Assembly: GCA_047602425.1 (NCBI GenBank)
Contig: JASGHG010000001.1
Location: forward strand, 1,824,001 to 1,888,000
Length of the DNA: 64,000 nt
Origin: Nibricoccus sp.
GTDB taxonomy: Bacteria; Verrucomicrobiota; Verrucomicrobiia; Opitutales; Opitutaceae
Reading direction: 5' to 3'
This document shows, piece after piece, positions 28,747-38,679 of the stretch (its first letter is position 1; each line of letters opens with the position of its first letter). The notes under the pieces were generated by a model that was not told the DNA's origin, made no database searches, and worked only from the letters and a program-made list of their open reading frames with translations. The translations under genes and the position numbers were made by a program.

Positions 28747-28769
28747 AGTGTCACGTATTACGTGACACT
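28747..28769. repeat. Palindrome family, copy 3
   Basis: AGTGTCACGTA-T-TACGTGACACT with perfect 11-bp arms. Confidence 0.75.
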
Positions 28770-28848
28770 CTGCTTTTACGTAGTGTCGAGGTGCGCGGTG
28801 TATTCTGCCGCTTGTCAGGGTCGGCGTGAGGCGTCACGTTGGCTGCAC

Positions 28849-29955
28849 ATGCGCATAGGATCGATTGAGCTAGCCTCGCCGTTGTTTTTGTCGCCATTAG
28901 CCGGATACACCAACCTGCCGATGCGTTTGACGTTGCGCGAACTGGGCGGTCTCGGCTGGGCCACGACCGATCTGGTCAATGCCCGTTCACTCATCGAACG
29001 CAATCCGAAGGCGCTTCAACTTGTCCGCACTTCACCCGCCGACCGGCCCATGGCGATCCAGCTATTTGGTTCGGTGCCAGAGGAAATGCGCGAGGCTGCG
29101 AAAATCTGCGAGGACATGGGCGCGGCCTCCGTCGACATCAACATGGGTTGTCCCGTGAAAAAGGTCGTCGGCGTGGGCGGCGGCGCAGCCATGATGACCG
29201 AACTAAAAAAAACCGCCACACTGGCTCGCGGCATGGTCGAAGCGGTGAAAATTCCCGTCACGGCCAAAATGCGCCTCGGCTGGGATGAGCAAAATCTCAC
29301 CGCTCCCGACCTCGCCCGCGTGCTGGTCGACGTGGGGATTGCGGCGATCTTCGTGCACGGCCGCACGCGAGCCCAAGGTTTCAGCGGCATGGTCAACCTC
29401 GCGGGCATCCGCTCCGTCGTCGAAGCCGTGTCCACCGTTCCGGTGATCGGCAACGGCGATGTCACCACACCGGAATCGGCCAAAAAGATGATCGAGGAAA
29501 CCGGCTGCGCGGGTGTGAGCGTGGGGCGCGGCGCGTTCTACGATCCATGGATTTTCAAACGCACTGACGAACTGCTCCGCACCGGTCATGTGCCGCCCGA
29601 ACCGTCGTTTGCCGAACGGCTGCGTGTCATGCGAAGGCATTTCGGTTTGGCGGTTGAAGTCTTCGGGGAAGAACGCGGTTGCCGGATGTTTCGCCAGATC
29701 GCGCCGTGGTATGCGAAGCGGTTCGGCCCGGCGGTGGAGTTCAAGAAACGTATCATTAAAATAACCACGCGGGCCGACTTTGATGCGGCGCTAGAAGGTT
29801 ATCTCGACTGGCGAAAACAGTTTTGCGACGAGCACGGCGAACTGCTGCCGCGTTTCCAGCCCGCGCCGCTCGTGGCGTCGTTCATGCGCACCTCGGATGA
29901 CGCCGGGGATACTCACGCGATCCCCGTGCCCAAGGGGCCGGTGGAACGCTGGTAA
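28849..29955 (+). CDS. dusB: tRNA-dihydrouridine synthase
   Basis: LSPLAG, QLFG, DINMGCP, VHGRT, GNGD, GRG motifs. Confidence 0.9.
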   Translation: MRIGSIELASPLFLSPLAGYTNLPMRLTLRELGGLGWATTDLVNARSLIERNPKALQLVRTSPADRPMAIQLFGSVPEEMREAAKICEDMGAASVDINMGCPVKKVVGVGGGAAMMTELKKTATLARGMVEAVKIPVTAKMRLGWDEQNLTAPDLARVLVDVGIAAIFVHGRTRAQGFSGMVNLAGIRSVVEAVSTVPVIGNGDVTTPESAKKMIEETGCAGVSVGRGAFYDPWIFKRTDELLRTGHVPPEPSFAERLRVMRRHFGLAVEVFGEERGCRMFRQIAPWYAKRFGPAVEFKKRIIKITTRADFDAALEGYLDWRKQFCDEHGELLPRFQPAPLVASFMRTSDDAGDTHAIPVPKGPVERW

Positions 29956-30043
29956 TGCAATTACGTCCGAGCCAAACCAACAAGGGTGCAACAAAATCGC
30001 GCCCTTGTTCAAAAGAAACAGCGCCACAGTGCGCGTCATCCAA

Positions 30044-31219
30044 TCAGTAGCGCCGCGAAAGAACCGCGCCGGTGTCGTCGCGGAAAATCAACAGCTTGGC
30101 TTCGGGCTCGATCTTGAAGAGGGTGATGGCGAGCTTGGGATCCACTTCGGCGCCCACGTTGTACATTCTGCCGTTGAGCATGGCGCGCGGATTTTCGCCT
30201 TGGAAGACTCCATTAACGCGAAGATTGACGACAAACTGGCGGAAGGGCGCACTGGGCGGCACAGCTGGTTCGGCTTGGGTGGTTGTCACCTCTTCGACGA
30301 TTGGAGTGCGCGGAGGAGTGTCGGGTGTTAAGATATTTTGCGGCCGTTCGGGCGCGGCCGGCGCGGGCGTGGCAGTTGGCGCAGGTTCATTGAGCAAGCC
30401 CGTCGTTCCAGCTGTGCGTTCACGTTGTTCGACAGCGGTAACTGCATCGCGCGCTTGGGCAATGGCTTTGCCCGCTGCGGAGGTCGGTTTCTCAACCAGC
30501 TTGGTTTGGCTGCCGGGCAACGGTTTTGCCGGAGCAGCAGTGGTCGCAGCGCTGGGGTCCGGATTCGCAGGCTTTTCCTCACTGGCAGCGGCAGCGGGTT
30601 TGCCGACGGCTTTTGGTTTTGGATTGGCCTTAAGAAGCTCACGGACGCCATAGGTCGCACCGGCCAGCACAAGCACCAATACTACCACGCCAGCCAGCCA
30701 TTTGTCGGCTTTGATTGTCCGCTCAGGCGGAGCGCTCGTGGGCAATGGCGCTGGTGGCGACGGAGAAGCGGGCGGCAAATCGGAAAGCGCGCGTGGAGTC
30801 GGCAGATGTTGCGGCGTCATCAGCGAGGTCGGCGGACGAAAAACCGGCGTCGGTTTCGCTGAAGGAGGTCGAGGGACAGGAACGGACGCCTCAGGCGGAG
30901 GCATGTCGGCCATTGGTGCGGGCGGAATGGCTGCAGCGGGCGGAGGAGTCGGCGCAGGCGGGATGGGCGGGTTGGAAAAAGGTACAGGCGTTTCGGCCGG
31001 TGACGCCTCGGGCGGCGGAACCTTCGGCTTCAGTCGAAACTTCATCGGCTCCGCCGCAGATGGTTGTGCCGAAGGGGGTTCGGTTTGCTCAATCGGCGTT
31101 GCAGCTTCAGGAGGAGCAGCTGGGGGCGTTGGCGCCGGGGGCGGGTTCCCGGGGGTTGAAGCGGGGTTGGCGCGCGGTTTGAGTCGGAGAGAAAGAGGCG
31201 GAGGCTGCTCGTCACTCAT
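30044..31219 (-). CDS. Pro-rich single-pass membrane protein with a GspB-like C-terminal domain
   Basis: Pro-rich N-terminal half, one TM segment, C-terminal LRVNGV...RAMLNGRMYNVG beta domain. Confidence 0.6.
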   Translation of the reverse strand: MSDEQPPPLSLRLKPRANPASTPGNPPPAPTPPAAPPEAATPIEQTEPPSAQPSAAEPMKFRLKPKVPPPEASPAETPVPFSNPPIPPAPTPPPAAAIPPAPMADMPPPEASVPVPRPPSAKPTPVFRPPTSLMTPQHLPTPRALSDLPPASPSPPAPLPTSAPPERTIKADKWLAGVVVLVLVLAGATYGVRELLKANPKPKAVGKPAAAASEEKPANPDPSAATTAAPAKPLPGSQTKLVEKPTSAAGKAIAQARDAVTAVEQRERTAGTTGLLNEPAPTATPAPAAPERPQNILTPDTPPRTPIVEEVTTTQAEPAVPPSAPFRQFVVNLRVNGVFQGENPRAMLNGRMYNVGAEVDPKLAITLFKIEPEAKLLIFRDDTGAVLSRRY

Positions 31220-31360
31220 GGGTCGGTATCATGTTGGCTGGCGGAAAAATTGGAATAAAAAGGTTGGTGCCTGACCGTTTTTTCGACGTGCTAAACATTA
31301 ATTCATTACTCGACGCTTTGACAGCAACCCTTCCGTAAGTTTTAGGTCAAAAACTCCCAC

Positions 31361-31639
31361 ATGCGCATTCCAGCCCTCTTCGTCCTCCTTGCCGCCCTCA
31401 CGCTCAGCAGCAGCGGTTGCTTCAGCTTTACCAAACACAAGCCGATTGCCGGCGAGGTGGAGGAAAGCTTCAAAAATCGCTGGATTGCGAAACGCATGAG
31501 CGAGCTTCAGACCACCGGGAAGGCGACCGATCCCCGCGAAGCCCGCGCGATCGCGCTCGAGGAGTTTAAAAAGAAATACGAGTACACCGCCGTCTCAAAA
31601 AAGCCCGATCCCGTGTCGAGCAGTGCGACGAGTCCGTAA
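31361..31639 (+). CDS. Small hypothetical lipoprotein
   Basis: Hydrophobic leader ending SSGC. Confidence 0.65.
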   Translation: MRIPALFVLLAALTLSSSGCFSFTKHKPIAGEVEESFKNRWIAKRMSELQTTGKATDPREARAIALEEFKKKYEYTAVSKKPDPVSSSATSP

Positions 31640-31709
31640 GGCACAATATGCCTCGGACGCGGCGATTTTTTCCCAAGATCCGAGTTCGTGTGGGGTCGCT
31701 GGTCTCTAT

Positions 31710-31743
31710 AAAAAAGGCGCCGGCCAATACAAGCCGACGCCTT
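31710..31743 (-). terminator. Probable terminator of the 31778-33010 gene
   Basis: AAAAAAGGCGCCGGC-CAATACAA-GCCGACGCCTT. Confidence 0.55.
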
Positions 31744-31777
31744 AAGTGAAATGAATATCGGTTATTGAGCGCGTCGC

Positions 31778-33010
31778 TCAAGGAGTGGCCGTCGGACGGC
31801 GCACGGGAGGGGTTAGGTTTTGAAGCCAGAAGCCGCCATATTGTTTATAGGCCTCGTAGCCGCGCGGGGTCAGCGTGGCGGAAAGTTTATTCGCGGCCTC
31901 CTGCGACAAGGCACTGAGTTGTGCGGTGCGGGCCTCGGACGACAGTGAAGTATCGCGCCGCACGGCGTTGGCCTTCTGCTGAATATCCTGCTGGATATTG
32001 CCGACCTCGACAGAGGTATTGGCGGGCAAACCGAGCCGGGCGACAAGGCGGTTGGTCTGCTGATATTTTGGATCTGTCGCCAGTTTCAGGTCGGCCAAGC
32101 GGTCGGGACCAAGCTGCGATTCCATGCTGGCCAAAACCGAGTCGCGGATATTCGTGAGCTGGTCGGGCGATGACGGACCTTGGGAGATCGAGCCGTATTG
32201 TTCCTCGGCAGCACGCAAGGCCTTGAACAAGGCGCGGAATTCCTGCTCGTTGGGTTTGAAGGTGCTGAGTTGCGAACGAAGCGTGCTCGCCGTGGAGCTG
32301 GAGCGCAGCTCGTAGTTTTCCAATTCTTCCGGCGTGAGCACAGCCGCGAGGTCGGCCCGCTGCTCTTTTTCCAAGAGGGCGATTTTTTGCCGATCCTCAG
32401 GCAACATGATGCCGTTGGCCTTGCTGTAGATTTCGTTTCGCAGATCGCCGTAGTCGCTCACGATTGCCTGCAATTGTTCGACCTTGTCCCCCGGGAGGTC
32501 GCCAAACTGGCGGCGATACCATTGCTTGCGTTCTTCATCGCCCACGGCATCCGGCCCCAGCAATGCCTTCATCTCTGCCGATTGCTGTTTGTTAAGCTCG
32601 CGCATCGCCGACATGAGCTTGGGGTCGAAGGAAAAATTATTGCGCTGCCAATAGGGTTCATCGGCCTGGTTCGCCAGCAGGGCCTTTCGCTGGGCCGAAT
32701 AGCGTTCGCCGATCTGGGCGGCCACAATGGCACGGATCAACGACGGCGGGAAACCCGCCGCACGCAAGCGTTCGGCGAGAGCTTTGATATCGGAACTTTG
32801 TAGATTGCTCCAGGTTTTGGCATCGACGCCCGCAATGGAGGAAGCGGCGCCTGGCGCGCCGGAACCATCCGGCAGATTAGCCGATACCTGCACCGTCGAT
32901 AAATTGACGGATGGCCCCGTGGCCGGAGTGTTTTTCGGGCGAACCAGCAAGAAGGCCAGAGCGGCGTTGGCCGCGATCGACAATGCAAGCAACAAGGCGA
33001 GTGGTTTCAT
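31778..33010 (-). CDS. Hypothetical N-anchored helical protein, paralog family member 3
   Basis: LALSIAANAAL, LRAAGFP, LTPEELENYELRSS, GFWLQ motifs shared with 20245 and 21462. Confidence 0.8.
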   Translation of the reverse strand: MKPLALLLALSIAANAALAFLLVRPKNTPATGPSVNLSTVQVSANLPDGSGAPGAASSIAGVDAKTWSNLQSSDIKALAERLRAAGFPPSLIRAIVAAQIGERYSAQRKALLANQADEPYWQRNNFSFDPKLMSAMRELNKQQSAEMKALLGPDAVGDEERKQWYRRQFGDLPGDKVEQLQAIVSDYGDLRNEIYSKANGIMLPEDRQKIALLEKEQRADLAAVLTPEELENYELRSSSTASTLRSQLSTFKPNEQEFRALFKALRAAEEQYGSISQGPSSPDQLTNIRDSVLASMESQLGPDRLADLKLATDPKYQQTNRLVARLGLPANTSVEVGNIQQDIQQKANAVRRDTSLSSEARTAQLSALSQEAANKLSATLTPRGYEAYKQYGGFWLQNLTPPVRRPTATP

Positions 33011-33081
33011 GGACGGTTAAAATATGACAGCGATTTTCCTAACCAGGTTACAGAAATTTTTGGCGATGGCTTCCGTGGTAC

Positions 33082-34329
33082 CTACTTGTCGTCAAAGCCA
33101 CACCAGTAAAGCCGGACATAACGCTCCAACTCGCTCCGATGCTCAGCACGATAGCCGACATAGTCCTTCGCCAGATCTTTGTCCACGCGGTCGAGCAGGA
33201 CAAAGGCTTCGAGCAAGCCTTCACGTTTCAAAGTCTTCAGCCCTTCTGTGACCTTTTCCCACTTTTTTAGAGCGACCTTGTCTTCGTCCTTCGGGTTTTC
33301 GGTCAATTGCAGCATGGCATTGATGGCTGCAATTTCTTCGCGAAGCGACCGGCGGGGGGTCTGTTCATTGGGATAGTTTTTGGCAAATTCCGCCTCACGC
33401 CAACCCACCGCTACGAGGTTATAACCCATGATCAAAATACCATCGTCTTCATTTACGCTGAGGATGATTTGCTTACCTTCGATTTTTGAACGCATCGCCG
33501 GAAACCGAGGGATGGTCCGCCCACGCGCTTCAGCTCGCGCTTGAAGCTGCGCCGGGAAATGTTGCCGAGTTGTACGCTGGTAAGGATCGCAAATTAAAGC
33601 GGCGAGTTTTTCGTCGAATGCTTCCTGGCTGCGGCCGAGTTTTTCCAAAGCGTCTCCCAGATAGCGGTGGGCAGTCTCAATATCCGGATCGATTGCGATC
33701 GCCTTTCTAAACCACTCGGCAGCGACAACCATGTTCCTCGCCGAAAAATGCGCGTCGCCCGCCAGAAGCGCCGCCCTGTAGTTGGTTGGTTCCAGTTCGT
33801 AGGCTTTTGCGTGGCTTTCGCCAGCCTTGGCAAAATCATGGCGGCCAAAAGCCTCCTCGCCTTCGCGCATGAGCTGGTCAACTTGTTCGCGATTGGAGAA
33901 GTGCCCTTTGGGCAAGGTCGCCTTGATGCCGTCGGGCTTGATCGTCGCCAGAAGGATCGGCGGCATCGGGTCGTCGGTTCCAAGTTTCTCCGCCTGTTCC
34001 GCAAGAGCACGCGCCCGCTTGTTCAATGCTTTGGCCTTTTCCCCATCCGACTCCTGATCAGCCTGCGAAGATAGTGCCGACGCCAACCGCGCAAGAACGA
34101 ATGTGTTTTCGGGGTGAGTCTTCAGCAATGCATCGTAAATCTCGATCGCCTCTCGATACCGGTGCGCATCCGCCAGCATTCTGGCTTCACGGACGCTGGC
34201 ACGATCAAGTGGTTCCTCAACGTCCGCCGACTTCGGCTGAGTGGTTGTAGTCGGGGCGGTGTTGGTTGAGGTACATCCGGAAACAAACACCAATGAAACC
34301 GCCCAAAAAAAGGCAATCGGGGTGCGCAT
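33082..34329 (-). CDS. TPR-repeat lipoprotein
   Basis: Lipobox VSGC; TPR patterns (AAEWFRKAIAIDP..ETAHRYLGDAL). Confidence 0.75.
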   Translation of the reverse strand: MRTPIAFFWAVSLVFVSGCTSTNTAPTTTTQPKSADVEEPLDRASVREARMLADAHRYREAIEIYDALLKTHPENTFVLARLASALSSQADQESDGEKAKALNKRARALAEQAEKLGTDDPMPPILLATIKPDGIKATLPKGHFSNREQVDQLMREGEEAFGRHDFAKAGESHAKAYELEPTNYRAALLAGDAHFSARNMVVAAEWFRKAIAIDPDIETAHRYLGDALEKLGRSQEAFDEKLAALICDPYQRTTRQHFPAQLQARAEARGRTIPRFPAMRSKIEGKQIILSVNEDDGILIMGYNLVAVGWREAEFAKNYPNEQTPRRSLREEIAAINAMLQLTENPKDEDKVALKKWEKVTEGLKTLKREGLLEAFVLLDRVDKDLAKDYVGYRAEHRSELERYVRLYWCGFDDK

Positions 34330-34384
34330 GGGAAAAGAAATAACCGTACCAATTGCCAGTGGCAAGATTCCAAATCCAAGAGGT

Positions 34385-37300
34385 CTAATCGAACACGCAG
34401 AGTTTCTCGATACCGGCGGCGGACCCGTCGCGGAGCCAGCCGTCGAGTTGGGCCTGGTCCTTGAGCTGTTGGCCGCGCGCACGCGGGACCGCGAGGAAAC
34501 GAATCTCGGCATCGTGCAGCGTCGTCATGTCGCCCCAGAGTTTTTCAAATTGCGCGACCGGGAAAATATCCTCCTGGCCGTTTCCCCAACGTTTCTTCAC
34601 ATCCTTGAGCGTCACATAGCTCGGCATCTTCGCACCAAGCGCACGTACAGCGGTCGCGATCCGCTGGGAATCACTCAGCAATCGGCGGTCGAGCCCGAAA
34701 AGTTCCAGCAGCGAGTCGATGTGAATCCACGTCGTGAGGGTGTTGTAATAGGAGAGCTTAAATTCGTCCTCTTCGCGGGCAAGGGCGAGGCCTTCGACGA
34801 GGCGCAACTGGCCATTCACCCGGGCGAGGCCGCCGCCGCGGTCCTCGATGCGACGCTGGATCACCTCGATGCTGAGCGCGGCTCCTTCGAGTATGTGTTT
34901 TCCGAATACAGTGGGATCGAGGTTGGCGCCAAGCGTGTCGATGTTGTGCAGGAGCAAATGCTCCAAATCGGGTTGGGCGGCGAGCAAGTCGCGGAGCACA
35001 CCATTGAGAAGCAGGTTCGCCACTTCGTACCAGTGGCCGACCGGATGCAGACATTGCAACGGAAGATTGTCGGTGTAATCCGAGGCCTCACCGGTGGAAC
35101 TTGCCCATTCGATCAGTGCTTTATGCAGGCTCTGGCGGACTTTTTCCTTTTGTGGATCAAGCTGCTGGTGCGGCATTTCCTCGTAGGCAAAACGCAGGTC
35201 TCGCGCGGTCGGCACCAGACGCAGGCCGATCGAGCGACCGGGCGAAAGAATCACGCGACCGTTGTAGTTATAGTTTTTATCCGCAGCCAGCATCGCTTCG
35301 ATCGGCGCATGCGTGAGGTGGCTCGTCGTGAAAATATGGGGAACCGCCACACCGCAAAGCAGACCAGTGGCGCGACTCTTGGCGAGGTGCGTTTCGATGA
35401 AGCTGCGATGACGGCCGCAGAGTTTTGCGAAGGGATGCAGCGCCTTCACTGTGCCTGCACCCTGGGTCCAGCGGCTTCCCGCGCCCGCGGCGAGCGTAAC
35501 GACGGCGGCGCGACCTTCACGCAAGGCCTCAAGGCCGACTTTTTCGGCATGGGCATCGATACTATAGAGCGGCACGACGTCATCCGCGCGCACGTCTTCG
35601 ACCCCGGCAGTCGCGGGCAGGCGATTCTGCGCGAGCCCGATCCGTCCGGCGCGGAGATCGTCGCGAATCTGTTCGTGCTGCACGGCATCAAAGCCATTTT
35701 CGGCCAGCAGCTCACGGAGTCCGCGGACGGCGCCTGCTTGGTTTGTTCCTTTATTATGGATCGGTTCAGGCAGGATGCGCTGCATCATTGGAGCCAGCAG
35801 CGAGCGTTCGCCGGAAGCGTAGAGTTGGGTTCCGGAAAACCGGTCCATTTCGCGGCGCACTTCGGGGCGCAGCGTGCGCGGATCCTGGCGAAGCCAGCGG
35901 GGAACGGCAAAGAGGTAAAACTCCGGCGAGAGCATTGCCTCTGAGCCGGTATGCAACGCGGCGTGTGAACCGTTTTCGTTGATTTCGAAATCGTACACGA
36001 CTGGATCCATCGCGAAAGGCAGCGAGGCCTCAAGCGAGCGCTTGGTGCGCGTCATGATTTCCAGCAATTTGTCGCGCGCTTCGGCTTTTGCCGCCGGATC
36101 GACAAAGAAACCCATGCCTCCGCCCGACATGCCACCGAGCATGATAAACCCGCGGAATTTTGCGCCTAGCGTCTGTTTCGCTTCCGCGATCAGCCGCTCC
36201 GTGTAAGCCGTGCTGGCCCAGGGAATGATCGTCTGGATCGGGCCGAAGAAATTCCGCGTCGTGAGCTCGGCAACCCTGGCGACATCGCCGGAACGAAGGA
36301 CGACGACGATGTCGTTCAGGATTTTTTGCGCCTCCTGGCGGGCGAGCCACTCGCGTTCGAGTTTCAACAAATATTTCTCGGTGACCATCTCCAGGATGGG
36401 ACCGACGTTTTGCGACATGCCGCCATGGACGAGGATGAGACTGTCCTGAAGCTCACGTCGTGTTTTTTCGGATACAATGTCCGGACCGAAAATGGTGTGC
36501 TGCGGCAAAAGCCTGCCGCGGCTTGTATCGTGCTCAAGATCACCCGCCACCGCAGCCACGCCCTCGATGAGCTTAATGCCAGGCCAGACCCCGCCGGAAT
36601 CCTGCCAGCCGCCGCCGGAACCACCGAGCCATTCTCCGAGAATCGCGCGACTCAAGATGGTGCGACGTTCGCTTTCCGAAAGCTTGCCCGTCAGCGAAGC
36701 CGTCTGGCCGGTCGCGCGCATGCAGAGGGAAATTAGGCAGCCCAGAAGGTTCGTCGAAACAGCAAGGCGCGAGCCTTTCGGGATGTTGCGCACCTGGCTC
36801 ACAATTTCCAAACCGCGACCGGGACCGCACAGCCGGGCGAGAAGGTCGGAAAGATTCTGCCCTGAACCTTCGAGGCCTGATGGCACCAAACCCGACGCGA
36901 TCACGGCGGCTTTGAGCAAGCCGAGATAGTCTTTTGCGAAATCAAAAACGTCCTCCAGCGAACGCACATCGGCCGTCGCCCCAAGATCGACGCTCGTCAG
37001 CCTAAGGACTGGTTCGTCAATTACCCTCAAAAAGGCACAAACGGGCGGACGCGCAGCCGTGTCACGGCCGTGCACGCCGAGATTGACGGAGATATTGAGC
37101 ACCTTTGCACCCTCGGGAAAATCCATGCCGAGGAAGAAAATATCGCTCCATGCCGCGTGGCTAAGATCGAGGCGCACGGCCGTTTCCTCGGAAAGTACGG
37201 GCATCGGCTCCTCGGGCGAGGCGCGCTCGAGGAATTCGCGTCGCAAACGCAATGGATAATCGAGGGTGTGACCCGTGCGAAACATCCACTGATTGCCGCG

Positions 37301-37714
37301 GACCGAGCGCACGGTTTTCTGGACTTGTTGTGCGAGCGTCTTGAACGCCAGGCCGTGATAAGCGACAGCAATGGCGCTGCTCAGTCCGTCGGTCCAGCCG
37401 TGCTTGCGTTGAAATTCAAGAAATACGCCCAGCGCTTCCTCGAAACGGCGCGCGAGGCAATGCTTATGTCCCTCGAATGGAATCGCGCCACCGGCGTCGG
37501 CTGGATAATGCGGTGGCAAAAAATAACGATGCAGCGCCTCGAGAAAAAAGATCGCGCGAACCCGATGGTAGAAATTCGTCGCCCGCTGCCGGTAAATTTC
37601 GAGGTCGGTCGCAATGCGTTCGAGTCCGGCGCGATCGGAGGCGCGGCAGAGTGTTTCAAAATAGTCGGAGCCGCCGTCGGCGCCTTCCACGAGAGCGAGA
37701 AGTCGGTTGTCCAC
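34385..37714 (-). CDS. Bifunctional GHMP sugar kinase / UDP-sugar pyrophosphorylase (UDPGP family) fusion
   Basis: Kinase motifs VRLDLSHAAWSD, IPKGSRLAVS, GGGWQD, GGMSGGG. Nucleotidyltransferase motifs LAAGAGSRW, PVGHW, HNIDTLG, QFEKLWGD. Confidence 0.8.
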   Translation of the reverse strand: MDNRLLALVEGADGGSDYFETLCRASDRAGLERIATDLEIYRQRATNFYHRVRAIFFLEALHRYFLPPHYPADAGGAIPFEGHKHCLARRFEEALGVFLEFQRKHGWTDGLSSAIAVAYHGLAFKTLAQQVQKTVRSVRGNQWMFRTGHTLDYPLRLRREFLERASPEEPMPVLSEETAVRLDLSHAAWSDIFFLGMDFPEGAKVLNISVNLGVHGRDTAARPPVCAFLRVIDEPVLRLTSVDLGATADVRSLEDVFDFAKDYLGLLKAAVIASGLVPSGLEGSGQNLSDLLARLCGPGRGLEIVSQVRNIPKGSRLAVSTNLLGCLISLCMRATGQTASLTGKLSESERRTILSRAILGEWLGGSGGGWQDSGGVWPGIKLIEGVAAVAGDLEHDTSRGRLLPQHTIFGPDIVSEKTRRELQDSLILVHGGMSQNVGPILEMVTEKYLLKLEREWLARQEAQKILNDIVVVLRSGDVARVAELTTRNFFGPIQTIIPWASTAYTERLIAEAKQTLGAKFRGFIMLGGMSGGGMGFFVDPAAKAEARDKLLEIMTRTKRSLEASLPFAMDPVVYDFEINENGSHAALHTGSEAMLSPEFYLFAVPRWLRQDPRTLRPEVRREMDRFSGTQLYASGERSLLAPMMQRILPEPIHNKGTNQAGAVRGLRELLAENGFDAVQHEQIRDDLRAGRIGLAQNRLPATAGVEDVRADDVVPLYSIDAHAEKVGLEALREGRAAVVTLAAGAGSRWTQGAGTVKALHPFAKLCGRHRSFIETHLAKSRATGLLCGVAVPHIFTTSHLTHAPIEAMLAADKNYNYNGRVILSPGRSIGLRLVPTARDLRFAYEEMPHQQLDPQKEKVRQSLHKALIEWASSTGEASDYTDNLPLQCLHPVGHWYEVANLLLNGVLRDLLAAQPDLEHLLLHNIDTLGANLDPTVFGKHILEGAALSIEVIQRRIEDRGGGLARVNGQLRLVEGLALAREEDEFKLSYYNTLTTWIHIDSLLELFGLDRRLLSDSQRIATAVRALGAKMPSYVTLKDVKKRWGNGQEDIFPVAQFEKLWGDMTTLHDAEIRFLAVPRARGQQLKDQAQLDGWLRDGSAAGIEKLCVFD

Positions 37715-37722
37715 GGTGAGTA

Positions 37723-38589
37723 TTAACGGCGGGTGAGCGATTTGGCAGCGTCGGTGGCCAGTTCGTCAGCCAGCAACGCGAGGATTTCCTCGCGAGCCGA
37801 ACCATTGAGACCGAGGGCAATCTGCGCGCGCAAAACGCCAAACTGCGCCTCCAGGTCGGCACGGCGTCCGGCGAGTTCGGCAGCGAGGTATTTTTCGCGG
37901 GTCGGCAGCCGGGCCAGCGCCTGCGATAGGCCGATTTTTGCCGTCGGATTCGCGGCGGCATCCTCCGCCAGCAGGGTGAACACGGTCGGCGTGAACACAT
38001 GCATGCCGAAGAAACAAAGATAATGTCCGCTGCGCAGGCCGGGCACAACGCACTGCTGCTCCGCCACGGTCGGCGTGGGTTTTTCGATCACATTTTCAAT
38101 TTGGTACAAACCATGCCGTCCCGGCAAAAGCGAACCAGCTACGGTGCCATAATAAGGCAGATGACGCTCATGCGTGGCCTGCACCGCCGAGATCGAACAA
38201 CCTTCGGTACCCGCAATGCCGAGCAATTGACGCGTGCAGCTTTTTTCGATGCTGCTCACATAAAGATGATCGCTGACCTGGAGTAGAAAAGGTTCGGAAC
38301 AAACAAAGTCGCGGCCACACAACACCGCGTGCCCATAACCATTTGCCACCTTCTGCTCGATGAACGTTATGCTCCGCGCGTAGGGCGAAAGAAGGTTTTC
38401 GTACGCCGCCCGGTCCACTGAGGAGACGATGAGACCGATTTGTTCGATGCCCGCGGCCAGCATTTCCTCTATGATGATGGCCATGGCTGGCTTGGTGTCG
38501 CCATTGCGGTCGGTGAGAGATTGTAGAGGGAGCCTGCGCTGGCTGGGTCCCGCGGCGGTGATGATCGCTTTCCGGATTTTGGCGGTCAT
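37723..38589 (-). CDS. GalU-like sugar-phosphate nucleotidyltransferase
   Basis: KAIITAAG, EQKVANGYGHAV, YGTV, IEKPT motifs; N-terminal signature is shortened. Confidence 0.75.
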   Translation of the reverse strand: MTAKIRKAIITAAGPSQRRLPLQSLTDRNGDTKPAMAIIIEEMLAAGIEQIGLIVSSVDRAAYENLLSPYARSITFIEQKVANGYGHAVLCGRDFVCSEPFLLQVSDHLYVSSIEKSCTRQLLGIAGTEGCSISAVQATHERHLPYYGTVAGSLLPGRHGLYQIENVIEKPTPTVAEQQCVVPGLRSGHYLCFFGMHVFTPTVFTLLAEDAAANPTAKIGLSQALARLPTREKYLAAELAGRRADLEAQFGVLRAQIALGLNGSAREEILALLADELATDAAKSLTRR

Positions 38590-38679
38590 GAGAAAACATC
38601 GAAGATCGGTTTTTTCTTGATATCGCGCAACTAAGAAAACCCGTTCGACTTTCCGCGCCAGTCGTTTGTGCTTAGCCGT

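Noticed and set aside
28747..28769. Palindrome as parS, dif, matS or CRP site
   Set aside because: Length, spacing and half-site orientation do not fit those consensus sequences.
33082..34512. ORF-track start at 34512 for the TPR protein (similarly long starts at 1247, 2690, 19113, 26873, 38874, 43267, 40777)
   Set aside because: The extensions overlap neighboring genes or repeats, or lack coding character. Downstream ATGs give proper signal peptides or family N-termini.
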